The translations under genes were made by a program, and so were the position numbers. Shown piece after piece: positions 25,241 through 39,119 of a DNA stretch of 64,000 bases. Below the pieces are notes generated by a model. The model did no database searches and had not been told where the DNA came from. It worked only from the letters and a program-made list of their open reading frames with translations. Origin of the DNA: Lama glama. Taxonomy: Eukaryota. Where the stretch lies: assembly GCA_028534125.1 (NCBI GenBank), contig CM052818.1, forward strand, positions 19,098,001 through 19,162,000. The letters are read 5' to 3'. How positions within the stretch are numbered: the stretch's first letter is position 1; each line of letters starts with the position of its first letter.

Positions 25241-27574
25241 GGGGTGGGGAAAGATGGGCTCACAAAGTTGATCTATCAGTTACTCTGGACAAACACTTTA
25301 AAACCCAAATATGCATAGATTATACTAAACTTAACAGTAAAAAACTAATAATGCCATGATTTTTATCTGCTTTTTCATGTTCATACTTAATTCTAAGCCT
25401 TCTCTGGGTGAAAAACTCTAACTCACTAAGGGATCAATAATTTTATCATTTCAAGGAAGTCAAGGTTATGATGCTAAGCAAACTGGGGTGACTTTCTTGC
25501 TAGGCTGAGGTTACCCGTAGACCATACTTTTGGTTGGGACATGAGATCTGGAGCAACAGAGACATAAGGTGATTTTTCTCATGACAATAGGGATAACTGG
25601 AGCCCAGTTATACAGTAGCTCTGTTTAAACTCTGTGATTCCTAGTCCACACCCTCCAAATGGGGTGGTCTCACACCCTGTATCCCTGATGACACCTTCCC
25701 TAATTATCAAGTTAGGTTTGAGTTTGCAAACCTTCCCTCACATCTGCTCCACCAACCCTTACCCCCGTTCCTTCCACATTACATTGGAACTCTACTGACT
25801 GCTTAATGCTAATCTGAATTCTTTTCATGTTCTTCCAATCTGGCAGGGCCACACCTCTTGAATATATTTAAATCCAATTGGATTCTGAGCATCCCTCCTG
25901 TCTTTGGCTTCCTTTGAGGCCATTTCAATGACAGACAGAGTGCACAAAGACAATACTTGGAGCATCATTTGTAACAGCCTAACAACTAGAAACAAATGAA
26001 GTGCCCAGTAAAGAAACTGTTGAATCTCAGTCACATCACACCCAGGGTATGACAGCAAGAGGGGAAACACAACCAGTAGCCCATCCCCGCCTAGGAAAAC
26101 CTCTGGAACAGGCTGGGGCACAGGAGACCTCAGCCACACACAACACTTTGGATCCATACCCCAGGCAGCTCCTTAAACCAGTGCTGACTGCACAAAGTCT
26201 TCCAGCAGCCTGTGTGGGTGAGGAGAGCCTGTGTCTGCTCCCTGCATACCTGTTTACAGGTACGCAGGGGCACATGGGACATAGGCGAAGAACTTACCTC
26301 ATATCCATGCCCAGAGCTGGAGATGCAGAAAATGAGCAACTAGAATAGAACCAGAATCTTTGCCTCCCTCGCAGGGAAAGGTCTGACTCATTCATACTGA
26401 GGGTCAGAGGTGGTTCTGGAATGTTTATGTAGGAAGGGCTTAGGGAGGGCAACCTGGTTGAAGAGGAGGCTTGTGGACCTTCCACTGGTGGGGTTCAGGC
26501 ACCAGAGGTAGGGACAGGAAATTAGACTTGATAAGGGAGGTCCCCTGAGAGCAGAAAACAGTGCTCAAATCCCTAGCAATAAACTGTTATCTGGCTTAGC
26601 AAGCAGATAGGTTGACAAGAGTGACGGAACTGCTTTCCAGGTAGGAAAGCTGAAAGAGAAAGTATGCCTGGGCAGGCAGAGCTCTCCAGAACGCCCCAGG
26701 TTTATCCCCTGCTCCTCCAAGTGCTGAGTCAGCAGAGGACTTGCCGGTCATTTAATTCTGCATCTACCACCGTGTCTGTACCAGCACCGGCCCCAGGCTT
26801 AGAATTAATCACCTTTGCATCTATGGGTGATGCTTGTCATGTGGATGCTGAAGGATAACAAGAGAGGAGGAGGAAAAATCAAGCTGTTGGGGAGTGAAGT
26901 TTTCAGCTGCACACACAGGAGACACCCCGGTCCCGGACAGACAACATTGGAGAGGGCGCAAGCGTAAGCCGCACTGGATGGGGCATGGGGAAGGTACTTA
27001 CACTTAATGCTGATGGCTTGAGCTGCAGGAGCCTGAGCAGGGGCTGTGACTGGGGTGGTGGAAGCAGCCCCCTGCCTCGCCTGCTGGGCCCTTTGTGCCA
27101 GAGGTGGTCAGATGCTCTGTCAGCTGCAGGCGATTCAACCAGCGCTGGTGTGTGTCCATGCAGCCCAGCTCTGTGTCAGGTGCTGTGTGTTTGGGGTGGG
27201 AGTGGGGTCTGGGAGAAAAGCAAGAAGGTAGGGCTTCCTGAATTAGAGGAAATGCTAGGCTAGGGGGCAGCCTTAAAGCACTAGGGCAGGTGGGTGGGGT
27301 TGCAGTGTGGTGCATCTTCTTAGCCACTAGGGATCAGAAAACCTGGTCTCCAGGCTGATTACCACCACTTTAGACTCATACTGATTATATATATATTTTT
27401 TGATGACAAAGGAAAGTGTAACTTTACTGTAAGTCACCAACAAAAGAGAGCAGGTGGCTCGTGATCAAAAACCCCGAACTCCCAGGCTCATACTATTTTG
27501 ATACAATCATTTGACCCATGATTTTAAACTACAACACAGATATGTCTCAAATGGCAGCATTAAAATGAAAGGGC

Positions 27575-27885
27575 CCAGTGACAGGAAGCTAGACACAAAA
27601 GGCCACAAATCATGCAATTCTACTTTGATGGAATGGTCAGAACAGGCAAGACCATAGAGACAGAAAGCAGGCTAGCGGTTATGAGGGGCTCGGGGCAGGA
27701 GGTAATGGAGAGTGACTGCTCGGTGGGTACAGGGTTTCCTTTGGGGTGATGAAATGTGTTGGAACTAGAGAGTGATGTTGGCTGTACAACATTGGGAGTG
27801 TACTTAATGCTACTGAATTGCTCACTTTAAAATGGTTAAAATAGTAAACTTTTTGTTACGTGTACTTCATCACAACTTTTTTTAA
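27575..27885 (+). mobile_element. L1MB-like 3' UTR
   Basis: gggtacagggtttcctttggggtgatgaaa...actgaattgctcactttaaaatggttaaaat. Confidence 0.8.
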
Positions 27886-28399
27886 AAAATGCGGGGGTTC
27901 ACTGTTTTCCTGCATGATCTTGAAGAGGAAAAGCTCTTGGCCTTCAATCCCTTTCCTCTGTGACATGAGGCTCTCAGCCTGTCACAGTCTGTCCTCTGGG
28001 GCTGAGGAGTCTGTGTGCAAGAGTGGAAAGGACACAGGAACACAGGGCTCCAACCCCACCCATGACTGTCACTTGCTGTGGGACTTGGGCAAGTTACTTC
28101 GGCTCTTTTAATCTGTGTGTCACCACCTATAACTATGGTTGTTGGGAGTCCTTTGGATGTGTGAGTTAAAAACAATCTTTATAAGAAAACAAACATATAA
28201 CACCAAGCAAAAAATGTAAAAGTGAGTGTGTTGTGTGCATGTGTATGTAGTATCTGGCACAGATACCAGGGCTCTCATTAGATGGAAGCTCTTATTAATT
28301 ATTAGTTAATAATTAAGTATTTTAAATGAAACTAATCAAGGTGAAAGCAAATTTTAAATAAAACCGCTAATTAAACCTGGAATTGTTAGTAACATTTCA

Positions 28400-28850
28400 T
28401 AGGAAAAAGGGATTTGAATCAACCTTTAAGGAGAGCTGAGATTGGACAGATGAGTACAAGGAGGGGCAAGAGAGGGTGTACATGAGCAGAGGCTTAGAGG
28501 AGGGAGCATGCTGGGGCCAGTGAGAAGACTAGTCTGGTGGAACAGAGTATTTGGGGCACTTGGAGAAAGACCAGATGTTGGGCTTCCTTGACTACCAGGC
28601 CAAGGAATTTGGACCTTGTTCTGAGGGCACTGGGGAGTCAAGGATGGTTCTTGAGCAGCTGAGCAATATAATGACTATGGTGACATATGAGGACACATCT
28701 AGCCCACCCCATGCAGAAATGATTTGGAGATGAGAGTCTAGAGACAAAGAGACCAGTCTGGCATCCAAAGCTTTAACCAAGTCTGAGGTTAAAAGGATGG
28801 GACATGGGTGGAAGACTGGCCAATCTTAGAAACAGTGGAAGAATCCACAG
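28400..28850 (-). mobile_element. L2 fragment
   Basis: caggccaaggaatttggacctt..tctgagggcactggggag. Confidence 0.6.
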
Positions 28851-30028
28851 AAGTTCTTCTGGGCTCCAGACTCACCTGACAGCAAGCACTACATCTCGGC
28901 TTCTGGTGTCAACAGCACCGATCTGGCTACCCATTCATCTGTGGGTATTTTCCTTGAAAAACTTAGAGAATAGTGTCCAAGAAAATGATTCAAGGGACAT
29001 ATGCAGATCTGAGATGATGAGCCCAGGTCATCATGTGCACAGGATGTGCACAAAGCTGAGTGTGAGTAAGGAGCTGGCTTTCCGCAAGATGAGTTCAATT
29101 CTGCTTCTGTGGATTTGGGTGCCAGGCTTGGGTTGGGCATGAAGGTCCAAGGCACTTGGGATGGTCTTGTGGGTCTGCAGAATGGAGCCGGAAAAGCTTG
29201 TCAATTCCCAAGTAGCAGCCACAGGGTACTCTCTAGAAGGAAAGTGGGCAGTTGCTGAGACCACATGTTTATAACCACATCTATATTCCTAGAAAGTGGC
29301 ACCAGGTCTATTGCTACAGACCTGGAGCTCACCTAGTAGGTGACCATTCCATACTAAGACATGTGGGAGCACAGTTACCCTGCAGAGACCTGGACACCGA
29401 AAACTACAAAACATTGCTGAGAGCAATCAAAAATAGGAACAAATGGAGGGATATAAAGTACCATGGTCACGGCTCATAAGATTCAGGATTGTTAAGATGT
29501 CAGTTCTCCCCAAATTGTTCCCTAGAGTCAATGAAATCCCAGTTAAAACCCTAAAAGGCTCTTTTGTAGAATCAACAAGCTGATTCTAAAATTTACATGG
29601 AATAACCAAAACAACTTTGAAAAAGAATAAAGCTGGAGGAACATAAAGATAGACAAATAGATCAAGGGCACAGAATAGAAAATCCAGAAATAGAACCACA
29701 TATATAAAGGATAAGTGATTTTCAGCAAAGGTGCAAAAGTAATGCAGAGGAGAAAAAATAGTCTTTTCAACAAATGGCACTGTAACAACTGGGAGCCAAA
29801 TGCAAGAGAACGAACGTCAATCCATATCTCCCATCATATACAAAAACTAACTCAAAATGAATCACAGACTTAAAGATAAAGCCTGCAACTATGAAACTAG
29901 TAAAAGAAAATAGGAGAAGATACTTGTAGCCTTGAGTTAGGCAAAGTTTTCTTAGATACAATACCAAAAGTATGATCCAGAAAGAAAGTAACTGATAAAT
30001 TGGACTTCATCAAAATTAAGAATTTCTG

Positions 30029-30158
30029 AGGGGAGGGTATAACTTAAGTGGTAGAGTGCATGTTTAGCATGCAGAAGGTCTTGGGTTGAATCCCCAGTAC
30101 CTCCTCCAAAAATAAATAAACCTAATTACCTCCTTCCTCCACCAAAAAAAAAAAAAAA
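30029..30158 (+). mobile_element. tRNA-Ala-derived SINE (camelid vic-1-like)
   Basis: Head GGGGAGGGTATAACTTAAGTGGTAGAGTGCATGTTTAGCATGC...CCCCAGTACCTCC, then an A-tail. Perfect TSD AAGAATTTCTG at 30018-30028 and 30159-30169. Confidence 0.9.
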
Positions 30159-30429
30159 AAGAATTTCTGCCATTTGGAAGATACCATTAAGGGAATGAAA
30201 AGATAAGCAATGGGTTGGGAGAAAATATTTGCAAATCATAAATCTGACAAAGGATTTGTATCTAGTATATATAATGAACTCTTAAAACTCAATAAAAAGA
30301 AAACAATTTTTAAAAAATAAAAGATTTGAACAGACACTTCTCCAAAGAAGATACAGATAGCAAATAAATACATGAAAAGATACTCAATATCAATAGTCAC
30401 TGAGAAATGCACATTAAAATTACAATGAG

Positions 30430-30513
30430 GTGGGGAGGGCATAGCTCAGTGATAGAGTGCATGTCTAGCATGCACTGGGATCTGGGTTCAATCCCCAGTA
30501 CCTCCATTAAAAA
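30430..30513 (+). mobile_element. tRNA-Ala-derived SINE, short form
   Basis: GGGGAGGGCATAGCTCAGTGATAGAGTGCATG...GGGTTCAATCCCCAGTACCTCC, then an A-tail. TSD AAAATTACAATGAG / AAAATCACAGTGAG. Confidence 0.9.
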
Positions 30514-31422
30514 AAAATCACAGTGAGATATCATTACACACCTATTAGAATGGCTAAAATTAAAAAGACTGGCCCTACCAAATGTTGGAAAGTATGTGGA
30601 GCAACTGGAACTCTCATATACTGCTGGTGGGAGTGCTAAATGGTACAATCAATTTAAAAAATAGGTTGTTAGTCTCTTATAAGTTAAACATTCCATTCCT
30701 AGATATTTACACCAGAAAAACCAAAGAATTTGTCCATTCAGAGACTTGTACACAAATGTTCATAGTGGCTTACTCATAACAGCTTCAAACTGGAAACACC
30801 CCAGATGTCCATCAACTAGAGAACAGATAAATAAATTATTTCATATTCATATGATGGACTATTACTCAGCAATAAAAAGGAATGAACAATTAATAGAAGC
30901 AACAATATAGATAAACCTCAAAACAATTATGCCAAGTGAAAGAAGCCATACTAAAAAGAGCACAAACTGTTTCATTCTAGAAAATGCCACTCATTTGTAG
31001 TTTGATAAATGGTTGCCTGGGATTAGGTGGGGCAAGAGGAGCAGGAGGGAGGAATTACAAAGGGGCACAAGGAAACTTTAAGGGATGATGTTTACTGTCT
31101 TGTGTTGGTATTTTCATGGATATATACATAGTAGACCTCAAGAAATTGTATACTTCATATGTGTGCAGTTTAGTGTTTGTAAATTATACTTCAACAAACC
31201 TTTCTGGGAAAAAACAAACCTCTAAGTTCTTTGCATTTCACTCAAAGTAAAAGCCAAAGTCTTCACAGCAGTAAAACGACCTAGCTGGCAGATCTCTGTT
31301 CACAGTGCTGTTTCTCCAACTCTCAGAAGAGTGCTTGGAACATTGAAAGAGCTGCATAAGTATTTGTTGTTTGAGTCAATAAATCAATTCGTTGTTTGAC
31401 AACTGTTGTTAAGAACAGGGAA

Positions 31423-31980
31423 GGTTCCTCAAATGATTAAACATAGAGATACCACATGACCCAGCCATTCCACTTCTAGGTTTATTCTCAAGAGAAATGT
31501 AAACATATGTTCACACAAAAATAGTTCATAATAGCCAAAAGGTAGAAACAACCCAAATGCCCAACAACTGATGAATTAATAAACAAAAGGTAGTGTATCC
31601 ATACAATGGAATATTATTTGACCATTAAAAAGGAACCACATACCACAACACGAATGAACTTTGAAAGCATTATGCTAGGTAAAAGAAGCCAGTCACAAAA
31701 GACCACATGTTGTACACTGCCATTTATAAGAAATGTCCAGATTAGGCTAATCTATAGAGACAGGAAGTAGAGATGCTGCTTGGGGTGCTGACAGGGTGAT
31801 GATGGGAGAGGGTGATAGCTGAAGGATACAGGATTTCTGTTGGGGTGATGAAAATGTTCTAAAATTGTGGTGATGGTTGGATATATCTGTGAATACACTA
31901 AAACCACTGAATTATATACTTACATGGGTGAGTTGTATGGTATATAGGTTATATCTCAATAAAGCTGTTTAAAAATAAAG
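31423..31980 (+). mobile_element. L1MB-like 3' end
   Basis: catgacccagccattccacttctagg...ggggtgatgaaaatgttctaaaatt...tatctcaataaagctgttt. Confidence 0.85.
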
Positions 31981-34169
31981 AACATGGTGATGTGTCAGGG
32001 GAAGGCATAGCTCTTGCTCCGAGTTTGAGTGGATACTGGTAATCCCTTGTGACTGTCCATTCACTGGCACAGTTAGGACCCTATCAAGCGCCCTATGAGA
32101 ATGGAAGCGGCTTAATGTGCTGAGCAGGGAAGGGGCTAAGGGCCCAGGCGGGCATTGGATTTGCTGATGTTACCCTGAGAGTGAGCGCTGAATGGAGGAA
32201 GGCCCTTTCTCTTAGGATAAGCAAATGAAAGCAGGTTGCTGGCAGCCCTGCAGCCCACGGCTAGGGTTCTCACTGCTGCGTTAAGCTGCACTGAGTGACA
32301 TGACGTCCCCCTATTGCCTCACAATGATAATACCTTCTATTTATACCAAACACCTCTCCTCCCAGGAGAGCGCTGTGTCTTCCCAACATTGATTCAATAA
32401 GCCAGCCAGACTGAATTGAATTAAAATTCACAGCAGCCACTCATAACAAGCCTACCTCTTTCCCCTGCCTGTCCGCTTCTGTAGGCACCTCTATGACACT
32501 CACAGCAAAATAGAGACATTAAGAACATTGGTCTTCTACACTCTTGCCCCATGGGACGGTCCTCTACCCTAAGCCTGCTCCAGACCTGGGGGAGGGGGTG
32601 GGTTGTGCCACCCCAGGGCCCTTCTCTCATACTGTGCAGAAGAGAGGGGTCTTCAAGTAAAACTCTCTCCCCTTGCCATTAACATTTAAATAGTTAAAAC
32701 TCAAAGGTAAAGAAGTACTAACATAGGGTATCAGGTAGATCTCTGTACCTGCCCACCAGAATCTTAGAAGTTTATGTAGAGGCTTTAACTGGGTTTGGTT
32801 AGTCTCAATAACACTACTTTCTTAAAGCTGCACCCTTGGAACAGCTCCCACTGTGGGAATGGTGGGCGGAATGTACATTCTGAGGACAGAGGAGGGAGCG
32901 AGGAGAAACCACCAAGAGTGGATCTAACTATGGGTCTTGGGTTCCCAGGCAGACCCTGCTTTTCAGTCATCTGTCCCAGTGCCATGTTTGGATCAGATTA
33001 TGTGTCTTTGATTTCAGATTGGAAAACATGGCCCTTATCCCTCACAGCCCCACCGACCCCATGGACTGTCCCATAATTGCCTCTTCAACCACCTGTCTTA
33101 GCCATGCCAGGAGCAAGCTGACAAGAGTTCTCTGTCTTTTTCCTGCCCCTTCCCTCCCTGGGGGCTGCCATTTCTCTCACACAAGCTCCAAGTCCTCCTT
33201 TCATGGACCTCCTTTCACAACCACCATGGCACAGCCTAGGGTTTCCTTCCAAGCACTGTCAGCAGACACAGTTAGAACCACCATGGCTCCCACTGTAGAC
33301 TTGGTGATGACTGATCAAGAAATATACCAAGCAGAAGGCATTCATTCCAGAAAGCTTCCATCCTCTGGAGCAGGGAATGACCCACCTCAGAAACCCCACT
33401 CACCACCCCTCATAGGACCTGTGCTTGGATGAAGGAATACTGTAGTTGCTGAGCTTCTCAGGAAGTAAGGAGGTGAAAGTAAGCCTGGGGCAGGGAGAAC
33501 GTGGGTACCAGGCCCTTGGTCTGAGTCCAAGTCAGGCAAGCATTCAACTTACATTCCAAATTTGCTGAGTCTCTGGAGTGTTCTTTTTAAAGAATTAGTG
33601 CTGACCCTCACATCAGGGAGCTAAGGAAGCCACTGTCTACTTACCTGACAATTTAATTAACCAGCTCTGTCTAGCTTTTTGCCTGAGAAACAGGGCACTT
33701 CTCCCTAGAGGACAATGGAGGTGATTTTAGTTTTTCTGAAATGGGAAGGAACCCAGTGTGCTGGAGGAAAGAATGGGAGGCAAATGAAGAATACGTCTTG
33801 GAGAGTGCTCCATAGGATGGAGGGGCTGGGAGCTGGATACTGAGGCTGACCTCACACCCCCTTCACTGCCCAGCCCACGTGGCTTGGCTCTGGTCCCTAG
33901 CATCTCCTAACCCCTAACCTGGCTCACCTGCCAGCTCACAGACATATGAAAACAGTCCATGCAGATTGTTCCCTCTCTGGGGAAAAAAGCAAACTGCACA
34001 ACAGAAGGCCTTTGCAATCACAAATTAACCTCCTGTGAGGTCCTATTAAATACAGATTGACTCATGTGTTGTGTCCTTCACCTGCGAATGTTTCCGCCGA
34101 AATCTTACGTTTGCATTGATCGCCTGTCCCACTAACCACACAGCCCCGTGGACTCCATTTTTGGGGAGA

Positions 34170-34395
34170 CAGTGGAGCCAGGTTGCCTGGGTTCAAATTC
34201 CAGCTCTGCCACCTGCTAGTTGTGTAACCTTGGGCAAATTATCTAACTTCTCTGTGCCTCAATTTCCTCGTCTATAAAACAGGACAACAGCAACCCCTAT
34301 CTTACAGGGTTGTTGTGAGGACTAAATGCATTAATCTATCTAAAGCATTTAGAATAATGTCTGGCACACTGCATGTGCCAGGAAAATGCTAACTT
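34170..34395 (+). mobile_element. MIR SINE
   Basis: ctgggttcaaattccagctctgccac...tgtgtaaccttgggcaa...tctgtgcctcaatttcctc. Confidence 0.85.
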
Positions 34396-35369
34396 AGAAC
34401 AAATTACTCACATAATTTGTCTATAATATAGTTGAAATTCTCTTTCATAATATGAGTGAGGATTCTCTTATCAATCTATGGGAAAATATTTACAAAGGTT
34501 TTCATTGATTAACTGGTTCCCAATCCATTTTTCTAAATCAAATTTCTCAGCTGAGAGCTCTCTAATCACAAGAATGCTTGGGACATCTGGGGGTGAAGGA
34601 GGTTTGCTATAATTTCCACTTAAAGGTGCCTCACAGGTCTCTTGGGGCTGAAGATAGGAATTTGAGTCAATTGTTTGGAGTGAACATATGCAATTTCATT
34701 AACTGGGGTTTGTTGTCTTTCTCTGCTGAAGTGAAAACAGTGATTCTTTGATCTTGTACCTTCGAGTGTTTTCCGATGTTCACAGGGAGGCAGCTGTTAC
34801 TCAAGAGTAACAAGTCCAATTTAAGTAACAAGTACAACCCACACATAGAAAAATGTTGAGCACATTCTCTCTCTCTCAGCAGCAGAAATGACCAACAGGT
34901 CAGAAGAGCTCAGCTCAGCACCTCTGGCCACTCACAAGCTAGGAAGGACACGTGAGTTCTCTCTCTGTCAAAAGGATACCCCTCCCCAGGAGGTTTTCAT
35001 GATGAACTAATGAGCCCACATGCATGAAGGGCTTTGAAAAGTTTGGTCACAGTCAAACTACAAACAATCCTCATGATAACTAGTTTCACTGTTATCAGTC
35101 CAGGTTTGGTCTTTAGTAAAGTGGGCAATGGAAGTACTGAAGATGACACATATCAGGTCTAGATTTCAAAATTTCTACATGATCAAGGAAAAGACAAATC
35201 ATAAAAGGGTCAAGCCCCATTGATCCAACACTGTCAATTGGTAGTTTATTATAGTTCAGATATGATCTGTGGTTGGGTAAATTCTTCATTTAAATTAAAG
35301 TGTTTGCCAGTGGGGAAGTGAATGGGGAATGGGAAAAGGATAGGGAATTAGAAAATAAGAAAATGTGTT

Positions 35370-35690
35370 TTATTACTTATTTATCTTTTCATTTCTTTTG
35401 CAAATTTTTTGAGGGAAAATTCATAGAACATTAAATTCACCATTTAGATCATTTTAAAGTGTACAATTCTGTGGGGTTTTTTAAAGTATATTCAAAACAT
35501 TGTCTAACCACCCCCATTATTTAATTTCAGAACATTTCCATTATCCCCAAGAGAAACCTCACATCTCACCAATTTCCACCTCCCCCATCCCCTGGCATCC
35601 ACTAATCTATTCTCTATCTCCTATGGATTTGCTTCTTCTGAACATTTCATATAAATGGAATCATATAATATGTGGTCTTTCCTTTAATCA
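35370..35690 (-). mobile_element. L1MB-like 3' end
   Basis: aaattcaccattt...ttaaagtgtacaattc...aacatttcatataaatggaatcatataat. Confidence 0.75.
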
Positions 35691-35779
35691 TTTCTTGAGC
35701 ATCCATCATGGGCCAGTACTGTATGAGTGTTTGCCCTCGAGAGAGGTTTGCTCTCCCTGGCCAGGGAGAAAGGCTGTAG

Positions 35780-36400
35780 CAATAGAATTTTCCTGCCCCG
35801 ACTGGGGTTGGGGAGTTGCAGGCATTGACGGTTTCCTGGTAGAGGAGGTGATATGTCTGCTGCTGTGTTGACAAAGGAAATGAAGTTTCTAGTGAAGAAG
35901 AAGGAAGGGCATTCCAGGAGGAGGCAACAGTGAAGAGATGGTATGTGCGTGCATGAGGAAGACCGAGAAGTTCCTTGAACTACGGCTGGAGCATCAGATA
36001 CACAGGGAGGGTAGGGGGATGTCAGGGAGAGAGGAGACAAGGCAGCAGGTAGGTTAGATCAGAAAGAGCAGAGACTTGAGGGCTGCTCTAAAGAGACTGA
36101 GATTGCTCCTCTAGGCTCTGGGGACCATCAAAAGTACACAAGCCAGGGAGAGGCGGAGTGTGTATTTTAGGAAGGAAGCCACTGTAGAGGGTGGGTTACA
36201 GAGGGAAGACCGTCAAAAGGAGAAGCTGGAAGGGCTGTAACAGTCTAGGAGAGGCTAGGCTAGGACTCCCACTACGGTAGTGGCAGTTGACTCAGGAAGG
36301 AAGGTCCATCTGAGAGCAATTTCTAGGGTGGAACAGACAGGAGTTAGGTGTCTACTTTGATGTGGCAAGTGAGCGGGAGGAAGTCAGGACTCTAGACCAG
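35780..36400 (-). mobile_element. L2 fragment
   Basis: ttcctggtagaggaggtgat...gaagggcattccagg..gaggcaacag. Confidence 0.55.
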
Positions 36401-39119
36401 GCTCCCCTGACCCACAGTGAGATCTTCGGAGAATCAGAGGCAGCCTGAGAATCCAGCACCTTTTTCTTAGAACATGACAATGACTTTCTCATTCTCTCAT
36501 ACCTTCTCACAGGGCTTCCAACACCTTACAGGGTCGGGTCTCTGCTGGACCCACCCACTCCCATCAGGCCTTCTTCAGTTCCTCCTGAATGCCCAGAGGC
36601 CTTTGCACATTCTGTTCCCTCTGTGTGGCCACTCTCTGGCACCCACACTCCTCCTCTTGTAGCCGGCACTTAGCAGCACACCTGACATGTAGTTGATGCC
36701 CCAAATACTTGTTGGAAAAAGAAACAAGTGAATGAACCTGGGATCTTTCCCATGAACTTGAGGCCCTTTGAGATGTAGTTTCTCTTCAGGGAAGTGGGAA
36801 GAGGAGAATCAAGGGGATCCCAGCCTTTGCATGAGAGCCCTTCCCCTGCCTGCCTTGTCTGGCTTTTCTCCTAAGAAAATCTGCTTATGAGGAATGCCAC
36901 GGGCAGCCACAGCTCCCAGAGTGAAGCCAGCCAGTGCTTCACCAGGTTTTTACCCTCAGGTTACAGTATATTATGCTTTTTACATATAACATAACGAGGA
37001 CTCATACAATGAGAAAACACCTCCCAGATTGTAATCAATCTCCAACAGTGCTTTTACTCAGCACTTTCCTCAACAAGCTGGGGAGAGACTGGGAACTTCT
37101 CTGGCAAACTTTTCCAGAGCTGATCCCTCTTATCTCCCTTTTCATTCTCCGTCATCTTTCTGCCTGACCATTTTCAGCTGTTCTACAAGGGTGGGAGTTG
37201 CTGAACACGCTAAACAGTCTGCAAACCTGGGGCTTCAGGCCAACCTTGTCTGGACCCCTGGGGCCCTAGAGATAATACAGACAAATTGTCATGGCTCTGC
37301 TCCTGGGAAAGCCTGAGTCTCAGTTCCCAGGCCTCCAGGAACCTCCCTGACAACAGGGCAGTAGAGTGTGGGATAGAAATGGAATTTCTTCAGACTCTGG
37401 AGCAGTGTCTCTTAAGAGTCACTCATAAGAAAGGCTTTTAATGACATCACCTCTTTACCCCTGGGCTGAGCATCCAGGACACCTGGACACAATCACAATT
37501 CTGCAGCAAGGAAGGAAATGTCTGCTGCTGGGTCTGGTTCAAACTATAACTCATAGGCTAAGGGCAACTAGCCAAGGTCACCAAGCCAGTGAATGGCAAA
37601 GCTGGCCCTGAAGCTGGATTTGCATTTCTTTTAACTTTCCTCATGACACAGGAATTATGGCCAAGTTTATTTCCAGACTCTGACCCTGTAAGGCTCAATT
37701 CAGATGATCCAATGGCCCAAGCCCAACTTCCACAAATGCCAGGGTGCAGGAGGCTCACCTGGAAAGTCTGTTGCCCATGCAAGTTCCTAGGCCCAGTCCC
37801 TAGATATTGAGATTCTGCAGGTCTGGGCTGGCCCCTGGGCACTGCATATTCAGTAAGAGCCCAGGGAACTTGGATGCAGGAGGCTCCAGGACCCCACAGA
37901 GGTAGAATACACCCCACTTCAAGCCCAGCCAGTCCGAGGGAGCTTTTGGGTGGATAGAGATTGTAAATGCACTACAGGATGTGAATACCTCTGACTGACC
38001 CTCTACACTTTAGCTTTCTTATCTATGATTCCAACTGCCCCCAATGGCATTCCCATCCTCCTTCCTAGCCTGCCCTAAAATAATCTGCAATGAGTCAGAA
38101 TCCTTAACAGAGCACCTGGCACAGAGTAGAGGTCTGGAAATATTTGTTGTATAGGTGGAAGGAAGGAAAGAAAAAAGGGAGGGAGGGGTAGGAAGGAATG
38201 AAGGCAGGTTGATCACACTCAAATGTTCATCTATAGACAAGACCTTTCATCCACAAGGAACACTGCTTTCCCTAGAAGCCCTATGGACTTACATAATACT
38301 GGAAAGGGGTCCCCAAGATTCATCTTTCCACCCACCCCATCCCCACACCTACCTCCAACAATCCTACCCCTCCAGACACCACCCCTACTCCCCCACCTCC
38401 TCTAATCTCTCTACCCACTAAGACTCATTACTGGGCTATTAGCAAGGGAAACAGCACCTTTCCCTCTCAATTGGTTAAGCTGAGCGTGATGTTCTGTGCT
38501 GCAATCCATCTTCAGCATGAGAGTTTTAATTGATGTCTAATGAACAAATATCGTGTCTTTGCACATGTTTCACCAACTGCAGCCCAGTTAACAATCTGAA
38601 GAATGGTTTGGGTACAAGAAAAATTGCTTTCAAAAACTGTCTGCTCTCCAATGCTGTCTTCTATTTGTCTCTCTTCTGGGGCTCAATACTCTTTTTTAAG
38701 AGTTGCCCAGGTAAAACTAATGCTGTAATCTCTAAAGTTTGGTATTCTCAGACTTCTGACTCATTCAAACAATGAGATATTAGCTATGGTACACCAAAGC
38801 ATCTTTTTCCTTGCACCCTCTGCTTTGTTTTCACTTTGGGGTCTGGTAACCTAGTGTTTCTGAATTAGAAAAGTTGCTGATATTTCAGCTCCCCGAATTG
38901 TAAGAATATGTAGGAATAAAGTGGAAACATGCACACATGAAAGTCAACCATCTTGAAACTATAAGGAGTAAGATGCCCAAGAGAGGGGAAATTGGGGGAT
39001 AAGAGGGAAAATTTGAAGCAGATAAAGGAGTCAAGCCCGTTGATTGTCTCACAGTATTTGAAGGTCTCAATTCTTATCTCAGGCTGATTTCAATCAGGAA
39101 CTTCTGAATATTCAGAATA

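Larger units (their letters stand above)
29385..31212 (+). mobile_element. L1M (L1MC/MD-like) ORF2 3' part and 3' UTR, interrupted by two SINEs
   Basis: ORF2 remnants (ENYKTLLRAIK...NKWRDI; aagctgattctaaaatttacatgg; gtcttttcaacaaatgg) followed by 3' UTR motifs. Confidence 0.85.

Noticed and set aside
39102..39117. 16-bp palindrome TTCTGAATATTCAGAA as a heat-shock element
   Set aside because: The GAA/TTC spacing does not fit three contiguous nGAAn units, and it sits at the edge of a MaLR LTR. Probably a local micro-duplication.
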